From: Felis catus
Taxonomy: Eukaryota
DNA: 64,000 bases
Direction: 5' to 3'
NCBI RefSeq assembly: GCF_018350175.1
Contig: NC_058380.1
Location: forward strand, 89,218,001 to 89,282,000
Of the stretch, positions 1 to 64,000 are shown piece by piece. Under the pieces are notes generated by a model that searched no databases, was not told the DNA's origin, and saw nothing but the letters and a program-made list of their open reading frames with translations. Position 1 is the first letter of the stretch. Each line of letters begins with the position of its first letter. Both the position numbers and the translations under genes were made by a program.

Positions 1-194
1 AGTATTTGATGTTGTTTGGATGTTGCTGTAAATGGCATTGATTTTTTTTTTTTTTAAGTGTAATTTATTTCTTATGTTTGGTGTTCCTATAGATAATACA
101 GTCGATTTTTGTGTGTGGACCCTGTTGTAGGCACTTTGCTGAATATGCTCTTTAGTTTTACTAGTTTCTGTTGATTTCTTAGAATTTCTAAGAT

Positions 195-392
195 TTTTTT
201 TTTTTTTTTTTTTTTAGAGGGAAAGAGTGAGAGAGTGCACACACCACATAAGGGGGGAAGGAGGAGAGGGAGGGAGAGAATCCCAAGCAGCCTCCACACT
301 CAGTGTGGAGCCCACGTGGGGCTCTAGTTCCCATGACCTGAACTGAAATCAAGACTTGCATGCTTAACCAACTGAGCCACCCAGACACCCCC
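195..392 (-). mobile_element. Can-SINE
   Basis: Poly-T, (GA)n and reverse complement of the tRNA-derived head; TSD ATTTCTTAGAATTT at 174-187 and 393-406. Confidence 0.9.
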
Positions 393-491
393 ATTTCTTA
401 GAATTTTCTACATAAACCATCATGTTGTCTATAAATAGGGATGGTTTTATGTTTCTTTTTCAGATTATATGCCTTTTATTTCTTTTTTTCC

Positions 492-698
492 TTTTTTTTT
501 TTTTTTTTTTTTTTTAATGTTTGTTTTTGAGAAAGAGAGTGGGAAAGGGGCAGAGAGAGAGAGAGAGGGAGACAGAATGCGAAGCAGGCTCCAGGCTCCG
601 AGCTGTCAGCACAGAGCCTGACGTGGGGCTCGAACCCACGAACTGTGAGATCATGACCTGAGCCTCAGCTTAACCGACTGAGCCACCCAGGCGCCCCC
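492..698 (-). mobile_element. Can-SINE (SINEC_Fc-like)
   Basis: Ends GAGCCACCCAGGCGCCCC; TSD CCTTTTATTTCTT at 472-484 and 701-713. Confidence 0.9.
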
Positions 699-1118
699 TA
701 CCTTTTATTTCTTGCCTAAATGCTGTGTGGTACTTCCAGGACAGGGTTGTTTCAAGTTCTTTGTTCCTGATCTTGTGGAGAAAGCGTTTAGTGTTTCACC
801 ATTAAATCTGATGTCAGCTGTAGGGTTTGGGTGTTCTTTATCAGATTGAGGGTTTCCTTGTATTTCTGGCTTGCTGAATGTTTTTTCTAAATCACGAATG
901 GGTATTGAATTTTGTGAAATAAATTTTCCTGTGCTGTGATTATAAGGTTTTTCTCCTTTANNNNNNNNNNNNNNNNNNNNNNNNNNNNNNNNNNNNNNNN
1001 NNNNNNNNNNNNNNNNNNNNNNNNNNNNNNNNNNNNNNNNNNNNNNNNNNNNNNNNNNNNNNNNNNNNNNNNNNNNNNNNNNNNNNNNNNNNNNNNNNNN
1101 NNNNNNNNNNNNNNNNNN

Positions 1119-1278
1119 AGAGAAGAGGAGAGAGAGAGGAAAAAAAAAGAGAATATTCCAAGCAGGCTCCCTGCTCAGCATTGAGTCTGATGCTGGGCTC
1201 AGTCCCACGACCCTGGGATCATGACCTGAGCCGAAATCAAGAGTTAGATGCTCAACCTACTGAGCCACCCAGGTGCCC
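1119..1278 (-). mobile_element. Can-SINE, tail lost in gap
   Basis: gatcatgacctgagccgaaatcaagag...gagccacccaggtgccc. Confidence 0.85.
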
Positions 1279-2574
1279 TGCACCAACTGATTTTTTTAAT
1301 GCTAAACCAACCTTGCATTCCTAGACTAAGCTACACCTTTTTGTATACCTAGATATGTGCTGATATTTTATTAAGGTTCTTGGCCTCCATGTCCATGGTG
1401 GATATTGGTCTATAATTTTCTTTTTTTTTTTTAATTTCTTTGTTGGGCTCATAAGATGAGTTGGAAAATGTTCCTTCTCTGCTTTCTGAAAGAGTTTCTG
1501 TAAGTTTGGGATTATTTCTCCCATAAATGCTTGATAGAATTCACCAGTGAAATAACCTGGCGCTGGTATTTTCTTTGTGGTGACATTTGTGATAATTTAG
1601 TCTCTGTGAGTAGTTAATGGGGCTGCTCAGATTCCCTTTGTTGTTTTGTGTCAATATTGGTAAGTTGTGTTTTTCAAGGGGTTTATTTGTTCTTTGTGAT
1701 TGAATTTATTGGTATAAAGTTGATAGCAATTCCTTTTCTTTCTGATGTCTGTAAGCTCTGTAGTGATGGACTTCTTTCTTTCCCATTAATTGGGTAATCT
1801 GTATTCTTCTTTTTCTTACTTATGCCAAGGGCTTATTGGTTTTATTCATCTTTTACTAAAAGGCAGTTTTGGGCTTTCATTTTCTCCATTGTTGGATTGT
1901 TTCTATTTCATTTTATCTGTTCATTTTAATTATTGGGGCTCTCTAGATTTCTAATTTAATTCCATTATAGTCAGAGAGCATGCACTGTATGATTTCAGTT
2001 CTTTTCAGCTTACTGAGACTTGTTTTATGATCAGAACATGATCTTTCTTCATGAATATTCCAAGTGCGTTTGAAAAGAATGCGTATTCTACGCTTGTTGA
2101 TGATTACATTCTGTAAATCTGAATTTAGTCACTATCAAGGTTGTGGAATGTGTCTTTCAGACCTTACATAGTTACTGATGTTTTTGTATGATCCTCTCAG
2201 ACAATGAAGCATTAAATTCTCCACTGTGACTGTGGATTTATCTGTTTCTCCCTTTAATTCTATCAGTTTCTGCTTCATTGATTTCAAAGCTATTGTTAGG
2301 CATATGCACATTTATAATTTTTATGAGTTGACACATTGACCCTTGGTGTTGTTTGCAGATGTCCTTTATCATTGGAAGTGCTTCTTGGAGTCTGTCTTGT
2401 CCTGTGTTACTACTGCTCTGGTGTTACTGTGTAAACGGTGTGTCTTTTTTCTTTAATCCTTTTCCTTTCAACCCATTTGTGGTTGTATTTCAACGGATGA
2501 TCTAGACAGCATATAGTTGCCCTTGCTTTTTCATTAAATCTGCTCTGTAATTGTATTGGGCTTTTTGCCTTTTT

Positions 2575-3240
2575 ACTAAGATACGGTGCATATAACAAAT
2601 TTCATATACCATAGCATGTACCCTTTTAAAGTCTGCAATTCGTTGATCTTTAGTATATTGACAAGTTTGTGCAACCATTTCCACTGTCCAGTTCGAGAAC
2701 ATTCTCATCAGCCACAAAAGAAGTGTTGTATCATTAACCGTCACTCTCACTTACCCCCCAGCCCCGCACACAGCCTCTGGCAACCACTGAGCTACTTTCT
2801 ATCTCTGTGGTTTTGCTTATTCTGGACATTTCATATAAATGGAAGCACCAGTATAGAATGTGGCCTTTCACGTCTGGCTTCTCTCACTGAGCTTGTTTTT
2901 CAAGGTTTGTCTTGTTGAGGGGGTGTGTCTGCATTCATTTTTTTTTTTTTTTTCATGTTTGTTTATTTTTGAGAGTTAGACAAAGCACCAGTGGGAGAGG
3001 GGCAGAGAGAGAGGGAGACACAGAATTGGAAGCAGGCCCCAGGCTCTGCGCTGTCAGCACAGAGCCCGATGCGGGGCTTGAACTCACGAACCACAAGATC
3101 ATGACCTGAGCTGAAGTCGGTCACCCGGCTGACGGAGCCACCCAGGCGCCCCTGTCTGCATTCATTTTTGTGGCCAAAGTACCATTGCCCTGTGTGGATC
3201 TCCCACAGCGTGTGTGTCCACTTGCCAGCTGATGGGCACT
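2575..3240 (-). mobile_element. Old L1M 3'-end fragment, split by a SINE
   Basis: tttagtatattgacaagtttgtgcaacca...cctctggcaaccact...ttctggacatttcatataaatggaa is typical of L1MB/L1MC 3'UTR in antisense. Confidence 0.75.
2941..3152 (-). mobile_element. Can-SINE (SINEC_Fc-like) nested in L1
   Basis: Full length; TSD TGTCTGCATTCATTT at 2926-2940 and 3153-3167. Confidence 0.92.
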
Positions 3241-3448
3241 TTCTGCCCCTGAGCTGCTTAGGCCGAGGAGTGCCCTAGGGCACAAGCAGCAGCCCACGAA
3301 TCACGCTGGCCAAGCCTCTGTGTTGCCAGATGGATCTGGGTCCTGTCTGGTGTTTGCCTGCTTTCTTTCGTTCACTCTTCTGCACCTTCCAATATAATTC
3401 CAAAATACTTTGTCCAGATTTAAGGACTGTCCTCTGTGGGAAGGTTAA

Positions 3449-41725
<38,277 letters not shown>

Positions 41726-44700
41726 AGGTGCTTGGCCACGCCTCGCCCCCCCCCCCCCCCCCCCGCCCCCGCCTTGAGGACAGGGCCCCCGCTTGGCCTT
41801 GACATCTCACTAGATCCACCGTCCAACCACCTGGCCCGGACTGAGAGACCTCCCTTCTCTTCTCCACTCCTGAGAGCTCCATCGTCCAACCGGCTTGCCC
41901 CCGTGGATACGTGACATTGACCTGCTCGCTTTAATACGAAACAAGCAAGCAAGCAAACGACCCCGACCCCACGTCGTCCCCGCCTCCTTTCAACCGTGAC
42001 TGTGGAGTGACTCCCACCTTCGTGCAGTACAGATGAGCTCGCCCCCCCCACCCCGCTCCGCCGCTGGGTCCCCAGCCTTCCCGGCCCCAGGCACAGTGGT
42101 TTGTCAGCAGGGCCACTGTAGTTGGAGGCTTTTTGTTGTAAAAAGCAGCTGAAGTTTTTACAAAGGCGGAAGGAAAAGAAAAACAAAAACACAAGCTATG
42201 TCTGCGTAGCTGAACTTTTCTACTTTGCCATCCTCTCCCTCACCTCCTCCTGTTCCGGTCCTGCCCTTAACCGCGTCTGCCGCTCCGCTGGTCCGTCGCT
42301 GCGATCCCTTAACATCTGACGCAGGCGGGCGCCCCCCACCCCCCGCGCTTCCTCCGTCGGTGAACCGGTGCCGGGCCATGCCGGGGGCGGCTGCCTGCTT
42401 GGGAGCAGCGAGAGAGACGGGAGGTGGGTCAGTGTCACGGTTGGATTCTCGCCCCTGGCCTGAGGACCCCTGGAGTCCAGGGACAGCCCAGTGAAGCTGA
42501 TGATGATTTTAGCATAGGAATTTCGCAGAGTCTCTGTCCTGGACCCTTCTACGGCCGGTGGACATGCTGACCCCTGGGCACCTGAGGGAAACCACGGAGA
42601 TACACAGTCACCGGCGTTTTCCGGTGTGACCCGGACGGTGCGAGCTGACTGCACCGCGGGCCCCGCGGCGCCTCCGCGTCTGGGGCTCCAGCACCTGGGG
42701 GCTGCTGTTTGACCCGCACGCCCTTCTCGAAGCCTTCCGTGACATGCCCTCCTCTTTTCTTCCCGAGCCCGTCTCTTGTCTGGATCTTCCTGTCCTGCCG
42801 TCTTTCACCCAGCTCGTCCCCAGAGATCGCGAGGCCCCTTCTCGTGGGGACAGGGGCGCACGGACGGTCATCTGACTGGGTCTGCGGCAGAGGCGTGTGG
42901 CGTGCAAGGCTGCTGGGAGGGATCCCTTTCTTTTTTCTCTTTCTTTTTTCTTTTTTTTTGGCTCCCACTGGCAGACCCGGGTTGTTGGGACAGAGGCACC
43001 GGAGGAGCTGGGCAGCGGGTGTCCGTCTCTGCGGACGACTGGGGCAGGGTCCCGGGGCAGGGAGGGTTGAGGGTCTGACCCTTGTTCCTCGGCAGCCTGG
43101 GGGCAGCCTCGGGGGAAAACGACAGCCTCTCAAGTCTGCAGCGATGCCTCTGGCAAACTGTGTGTGTGAGCCATTTTATGCTGGTTTTTTGTTGTTTCTT
43201 CTTAAAATAAGAACTAGAAGGAAATCGTCCCAGGTTTTGTCATTCCAGGGAGAGGGGAAGGGAAAGGTCAAGTGATGCACGTGCTCTGCAGAGCATCTAA
43301 CCAGCCAGCCCGCCGGCGGCTCCTGGGAGGATCTGGCTCAGAGGACAAGCAGCCGGTGAGTGGGGACGTGCCCCGCAGAGTCCACCCTGAGTGCCACCAC
43401 AGACGTGTAACACCCTGTGGCTCTGAGCTGTATGTTCAGTGCAGAACCGGGTAGGGCAGGGCCTCAGGAACTGCGCCCGCGACTCCCTGTCCCCGTTCCC
43501 TGCTCGAAGGAAGCGGGGGCGCGTCCTGCCCGCAAGGTGCCGGGCGTCTGCGGGGCTCACCCGGAGAGGGCCGGCTTTCCCGAAAGCCGCCCTGCTGCTC
43601 GGTCTGCAGCTTGTCGCGCTCCCCCTCCTGCCTCCACCCTCAGACCTCGCTTACCAGCCGGTCACCTTCATGCCTGAAGCTTAGCTTACTCTGAGGTCCA
43701 TTCTCGAAGGGCCGCTCACTCGAGGAGTTGCCCGCACTCAGCCGCCCCCGTGTGCGCCCCTGCAAGTGTGTGACTGCGGTCCCCGTGACCAGCCGCCCTG
43801 CCCACAGCTCCCCTCTGCCACCACCTGCCCCCGCAGGAGCCACCCTCGCTCACCTGTACACTTAGAAACACGGCCACACCCTCACACCCGATTCCGGTGC
43901 ACGTTGTATGTCAAAAGGAAAAAAGGGTTTTCTCGTTTTGAAATTCAACAGAACAGGCGTGGATGCTGTTACACACTCAAGACGTACCCTGCGGGCAAAC
44001 CTGCCGTCAGGGTGACAGTCCTCCCTGTTTTGAGAAAAAATAAAAACAAGGTCACCTGTTCTCCAGCCCTTCTCTCTACCCTTGTATTTTCTNNNNNNNN
44101 NNNNNNNNNNNNNNNNNNNNNNNNNNNNNNNNNNNNNNNNNNNNNNNNNNNNNNNNNNNNNNNNNNNNNNNNNNNNNNNNNNNNNNNNNNNNNNNNNNNN
44201 NNNNNNNNNNNNNNNNNNNNNNNNNNNNNNNNNNNNNNNNNNNNNNNNNNNNNNNNNNNNNNNNNNNNNNNACCACCTCCGTGTGCCCGAGCTGCCGTCT
44301 CTTTCCCACTAAGATGCAGATTTTAAATTGGACTCGGGGCAGAGGGCAGACCTGAGGCCTGCCCGACGTCCCGTCCCTTCCTTGGTCTGAGGAAATGCAG
44401 TTTTTAGTGCAGAGGTGTTTAAGGTGCAATATCTCTTCCTTTCGTGTGGTTTTAGAACCACGCTCAAGGTTAATGGGGCTTAGGGTCTTATTTTGGTTTC
44501 AAACCCTCATCCTCAGAGTGTAAATCCACGCAGAGGCCTCTGCCAGGATGCCGTGGGGCCTTTGGTGGGAACAGGCGAAGACCAGCACTTAGCTTTCCTG
44601 CTGCTGAGATTGGGGGGAGGGGAGGGGTCGGAGCTCTCTCACCGCACCTTTGCCTCCCTTCCGATGCTGGCAGCTTGGCCTTGGCCATTGATGGTGCAGC

Positions 44701-46118
44701 CCGTTGCTCGGCAACAGGCGACCCTGCGGTAGTGTCCGTCCAGCGTCAACTACTGAACAGGGCGAAGTCTCAGAGTGTGGGGTCGAGTATCCAAGAGGCA
44801 TACGCCCACTGAAAACTTCTCTGCCAGTTGTATTTGGTCTGGTTTTCTTTACTGTTGCTTCCCCCTTTTTAATCCGCCTTACTTTTGATTTCAAACTTGG
44901 AATTCATACACTTCTGGCTCTGGGTTCCTCAAGAGGGAAAACAAAGGATGGACCTACACGCTCAGAAATCGGTTGGTTGAGTTCAAAGCTGTGGTCATCC
45001 AGCCACTTCTGGGGATATTGGGGTATCTTGTTAAATGTCGACATCGGGTCTCCAACTACGCCCTCGCCTTCCCGTCTTCAGGATCTGCCTTCGGGATGGT
45101 GGGTGAGGTTTGTGAATGATGCTCAGAGCCAAGGACGCTGAGGGTGTGCACGTGGTTGCACGGCCGTGTTCAGAGACGGCCCACCGAGGCAGTGTGTGGC
45201 AAACCGGTAAAGCCCCTCCCTGCTGTTCTGTTTCCCTCCACCAAGCGGCTGCATGTTGCCCCTCAAATCTGTATTTGTCCCTTTGCACTTCTTGCAGAGC
45301 AAGCCTGGGTTACGAGGTCAGTTGGAAATGGCCTTTGACAACCGAGGACACTACAGAGTGCCTCTGCTTTGTCATGGTTTGTGATGAATGGGAAACGCAG
45401 ACTTCCGGAAAGCCAGCTCCTCCTGCTTGAAAATGAGATGGACCCGAGACAGAGCTCACCTGGGACAGGGTGGCTCAGTGTTGGGGTCTGACACTGTCCC
45501 CTAGCCACGCCCTCCTCCAGGACCACCAGCACATACTTGGCTAGTGACCTTCAGGCGCATCTGATCTTGCTGTTCACCATTTCCCCACCCTGGCTGGGGG
45601 ACAGTGTCCCCAGGACCCTGTGTTCAGCATGTTAGGAAGCCTCAGAGTGGAAATTTCTATTAAGGCTCTGTGTGGATGACTTTCTTCCATTGTTTAAAGG
45701 GGATACTGTACTCTAAGCTTTTGACTTCATGCCTTGTGTAGTAAAAGGGTTTGGGTTTTTTGTTGTTGTTCTTAAAAGGGTTGTGTTTTGTTTTTGTTCC
45801 CTTTTGTTTTTATTTTGGCCTTTCCTCTCTTTGTCTTTTCATGTAGACCAGATATTTGAAAGGGCAGACGATGGCTAAAGGTGTAACGTGCAGCTTGTTT
45901 ATACGTTTTCTGGGAAGCTTTTGCCTTGGACGGGAAACGGAATCATGGATTCAGCAGGCCATGGTGGCACTCACCCTTTGNNNNNNNNNNNNNNNNNNNN
46001 NNNNNNNNNNNNNNNNNNNNNNNNNNNNNNNNNNNNNNNNNNNNNNNNNNNNNNNNNNNNNNNNNNNNNNNNNNNNNNNNNNNNNNNNNNNNNNNNNNNN
46101 NNNNNNNNNNNNNNNNNN
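41726..46118 (+). other. PRRC2B: PRRC2B 3'UTR (~4.3 kb; exact end uncertain, probably within the gap 45981-46118)
   Basis: Follows the stop codon; no SINEs until ~46415; U-rich distal blocks; only visible AATAAA is at 44039-44044, so the distal signal is inferred to lie in the N-gap. Confidence 0.65.
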
Positions 46119-46414
46119 TCTCAGGCTGTGTGTCCCTCGATTTTCTGTCATTTGACAAAATTAGAGATTTTACAGAGTGCTTGAGGAAATCCAGAGTGAC
46201 TTGGCTGAAACGCTTTAAAGCAAGGTGGGGGAGGAAAGGGATCGAAACCTGTAGGTGGGGTGCATCTTCCAAATGGGTTTGCATTAGCAATCTCCGTCCT
46301 GTATCCGTGTGAGTGATATTAAAGGTGTGCAGGACATCTGCCTGCCCTCCGCCCTCCGCCCTCCCCCTGCTTCCCATGAGAAGTGGGTGGGTCAGAGGAG
46401 CAAGCATTTGTCAC

Positions 46415-46530
46415 TTTTTTTTTTTTTTTTAAATATTTTTAAGCAAGCTCTATGCCCAAGATGGGTCTTGAACTCATGACCCTGAGATCAAGGGTTGTAT
46501 CCTCTACCCTCTGAGCCAGCCAGGCATCCC
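46415..46530 (-). mobile_element. Short Can-SINE
   Basis: Poly-T, gggtcttgaactcatgaccctgagatcaag...gagccagccaggcatccc. Confidence 0.82.
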
Positions 46531-47081
46531 TGATTTGACGTTTTATTGGTGGTGACCCCTTCTTTTGCTGGGAGGAGAAAGGAGTGCGGCGCTTTGGGGT
46601 AGGAGGGAGGAGTTCTTTCGTCTGGGGGCAGTGAAGGATCAAGAGCTTGGATCGGAGTCCCAGCGGTGATCCTCAGTTCTGCCCACCCCACACCCCACAA
46701 CTGCAAGACTGGGAGCTGGGAAGGACACTTCCCCACCCCAGAGGCACACTTTGAACTGTGCCCACCTCATGGGGTCGTGTGGATTCAAAGAGGTAACGGT
46801 AGTAGTTAACATAGCTGCCTGGCACCAATTGATGTAAGAAGCTTACAAATTACTCCCAGGTTGGACACTTTCCATGAGAAATGACTCCTCCTGAATTGGG
46901 ACCTGGGCACGGGCTGTCTCAGCTCTAGCATCCGTACCCTTTCCCTGGATTTACTGCCCCCAGGGACAGGAGTTTAGGGAACTACACTAGGAGCCAGCCC
47001 CACTCCTCTCCAGGCCCAGGGAGCCCCTGCACGGTCTACACAGCCTTGGGGGAAGCCTGCTTGTCAGAAGTAACCACCACA

Positions 47082-47250
47082 TTTTTTAAGTTCGTTATTT
47101 ATTTTTGAGAGTGTGTGCACCAGCAGGGGAGGGACAGAGAGGGAGAGAAACTCAAGCAGGTTCCAAGTTGTTAGCACAGAGCCCAATGCGGGGCATGACA
47201 AGGGCGGAACTCGAGTCGGCCGCTTAACCGTCTGAGACCCCCAGGCGCCT
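47082..47250 (-). mobile_element. Internally deleted Can-SINE
   Basis: tatttatttttgagag...cgcttaaccgtctgagacccccaggcgcc. Confidence 0.8.
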
Positions 47251-47429
47251 CAATCACCACACACTTAACCGATGTTCTCTAATGCTGGGTTGACCAACAT
47301 TCCCGGAAATAAAAATTCTTGCAGACGATCAAGAACCTTAACTGCAGTTTTCAAATCAGCAGCACCCTTTCCGTCCACGAGATGAAAGCGTACATACCCC
47401 AGAGGCCCAGGAAGAGTGAGGCTGGGGAG

Positions 47430-48800
47430 AACGGTGGTGTCGCCGTCGGTTAACCGTCCGGCCCCGCCGTTCCCTGGCCAAAGGCGCTGTGTCTCCTGCA
47501 GGGAGGCTCGGGCAGGCTCCTCGCGGGGTGCGGGGGCCGCACTGACCCTGCCCGCCCTCCCGGCTCACGTGCTCACCCGCGGGCTCGGGGCGGACACGCC
47601 CACGCGGGTTGCTCGCGCTGAGAGGCACGCGGACAAGACCCTACTGTCTTGTTTTGTAAAAAGACACCGCGGCGTTCCCTGGGCACGGCGATCTTAGAAC
47701 ACCCACCCAGGCCGCTAACGACGTACCACAGAGGCGGACCTCCGCGCCTGTGCGCACGCGCGACGCGCGACGCGCGACGCCCGGGTCCGGGACGCACGCG
47801 CGCTTCCCCCGCGTAAGGCTCCGCAGGCAAGGCGAATCGAGCGCCGAGCAGGCGGCGCGTGGGCGGTGCCGCATGCCGAGCAGACTCGCCCCCGCGCGCG
47901 GCGAGAAACCCTAACGGTCAGTCCCCCACCCCACGGCAGATCCGAGGCGGGGCCGGATGCGGGAGCAGCGTTGCGGGAAGTCGACGAAACGCGAGTACGT
48001 TGGCGGCGTCAGGGACCAGGGCGGCACCCGGGAGAGCCTGCGCGGGACGCGCGTACGCGGCCTGAAGACGAGCCGGGGCGGGGGCGTCGGCGTCGTAGCC
48101 GACGGGGGGCGGGACCGAGGGCTAGTGCGAGCAGAAAGGCGGGCGCCCCGGCAGGTGCAGCCTTGGGAAAAGGAGGGGTACTCGGGCGAATGGAACCTTT
48201 GGGGCAGACGGTGGCGCGGGACCAGTGCAGCCCATGGGGGAGGGGGGGGGAATGTCTGGAAGAGCACTAGGGGCCTCCTGGGGCAGATGAGATCTCTGCG
48301 GAGAGGGGGACCGCCAGACCCCAGGTGCAGCTTTATTTGGTGCGACAAAGCGGGCGTCGAGTAGATGCAGCCTTAAGACGAGTGGCGCTCAAGGGAAGAT
48401 GACGCCTCGGGGACGAAACGGAGGCGCCTGGGTGCAGAGGCACCCCCACGGTGAGAAGGGGGGCGCCTAGGTGATGGTGCTGCGGCGGGTAGGGGAGGAG
48501 CGGAGATGCTAGCGGCAGACGAGGAGGCTTCTGAGGGTCAGAAGGTCGAGGTCACCGAGGTGAGCGGGCTTCTGAAAGCAGCTCCTTTCCAAGAAGTGCT
48601 CAGCTGGTGTTCGTGGGGTGCGTCGTTGAATGAGTGAATATTCGGGCATGAGGTTCCCAAACCCTCACCTTAGTTGACTGCTCGTGCCCTCCCGATTTTC
48701 TCTCGATGACCCCACGACGCGTATGGTTCTTCGTAGCGCCGCCTGAGAGCCAGGGCAGTTGTGATCCTTCCTCTAGCGCCTGGGGGCCTTCAGGTTTGCC
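47430..48800 (+). promoter_or_regulatory. POMT1: CpG-island promoter and non-coding first exon region of POMT1
   Basis: Very CpG-dense; NRF1-like TGCGCACGCGC at 47751; (GCGCGAC)x3; GC boxes GAGGCGGGGC 47944 and GGGGCGGGGG ~48075; candidate exon-1 donor GGCAG|gtgcag at 48154; no TATA seen; directly upstream of the first coding exon. Confidence 0.82.
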
Positions 48801-48874
48801 GCTTATGTATTGACGTCATCTCTTCCCTTGTTTTCTAGGGTGTTTTCGAGGACCTGCTTTTGCTTTTCTACAGG

Positions 48875-63812
<14,938 letters not shown>

Positions 63813-64000
63813 CAGGACACAAACACGGTGAAGGTCTGGGCCGGGGCCGGGGCGAGGCAGAACTTTATGGGGGTGTTCTTGTGACAGGGTAGCCCTAAGC
63901 CTGGCCGGCTGGCCGGGCTACTGCGGTTTCATTTTTCAGACAGTCCCTGGATAAGCAAAGTTTGTTTTGAGCAACAAAGCTTCTTTGTTCCAGGCGTTAA

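Larger units (their letters stand above)
1..2550 (-). mobile_element. Old LINE-1 ORF2-region fragments (antisense), interrupted by SINEs and a gap
   Basis: T-rich + strand with L1-like phrases (aaaccaaccttgcattcc, ttgatagaattcaccagtgaa, tttgaaaagaatgcgtattct); minus-strand peptide relics TADIRFNGETLNAF and IIPNLQKLFQK resemble L1 ORF2. Confidence 0.75.

Noticed and set aside
961-1118. N-runs (also 19163-19306, 44093-44270, 45981-46118) and the poly-X ORFs spanning them
   Set aside because: Assembly gaps of 138-178 nt; ORFs crossing them are artefacts.
47757-47780. (GCGCGAC)x3 repeat as a special array
   Set aside because: A short tandem repeat within a CpG island, with no spacers or other structure.

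Overview
Mammalian genomic DNA from a felid (dense Can-SINE/SINEC_Fc-type repeats), syntenic with human 9q34.13. It holds two head-to-tail + strand genes. The first is the 3' part of PRRC2B: 22 readable coding exons from 3678 to the stop at 41725, one further exon almost certainly hidden in the N-gap at 40165-40312, and a ~4.3 kb 3'UTR. The second is the complete POMT1 coding region: 19 coding exons, 48875-63812, 2178 nt = 725 aa, preceded by a CpG-island promoter. Exon boundaries were read by hand (GT-AG) and reading-frame phases are continuous, except at the one PRRC2B junction spanning the gap. PRRC2B introns host one intact C/D snoRNA (SNORD62, 36379-36462) inside a long external stem and a decayed second copy (32110-32193). 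Introns also carry Can-SINEs, old L1/MIR fragments and MER5A/MER58A DNA-transposon relics. Most ORFs in the supplied track are GC-rich or repeat-derived noise. I found no wholly new biological system. The best leads are RNA-level: a candidate poison/alternative exon in PRRC2B, a splicing-control module after the 2064-nt cassette exon, the decayed snoRNA paralog, stop-free in-frame introns, and an inverted-repeat-bounded micro-inversion in a SINE next to a POMT1 donor. Comparisons with human sequences are from memory and need alignment.
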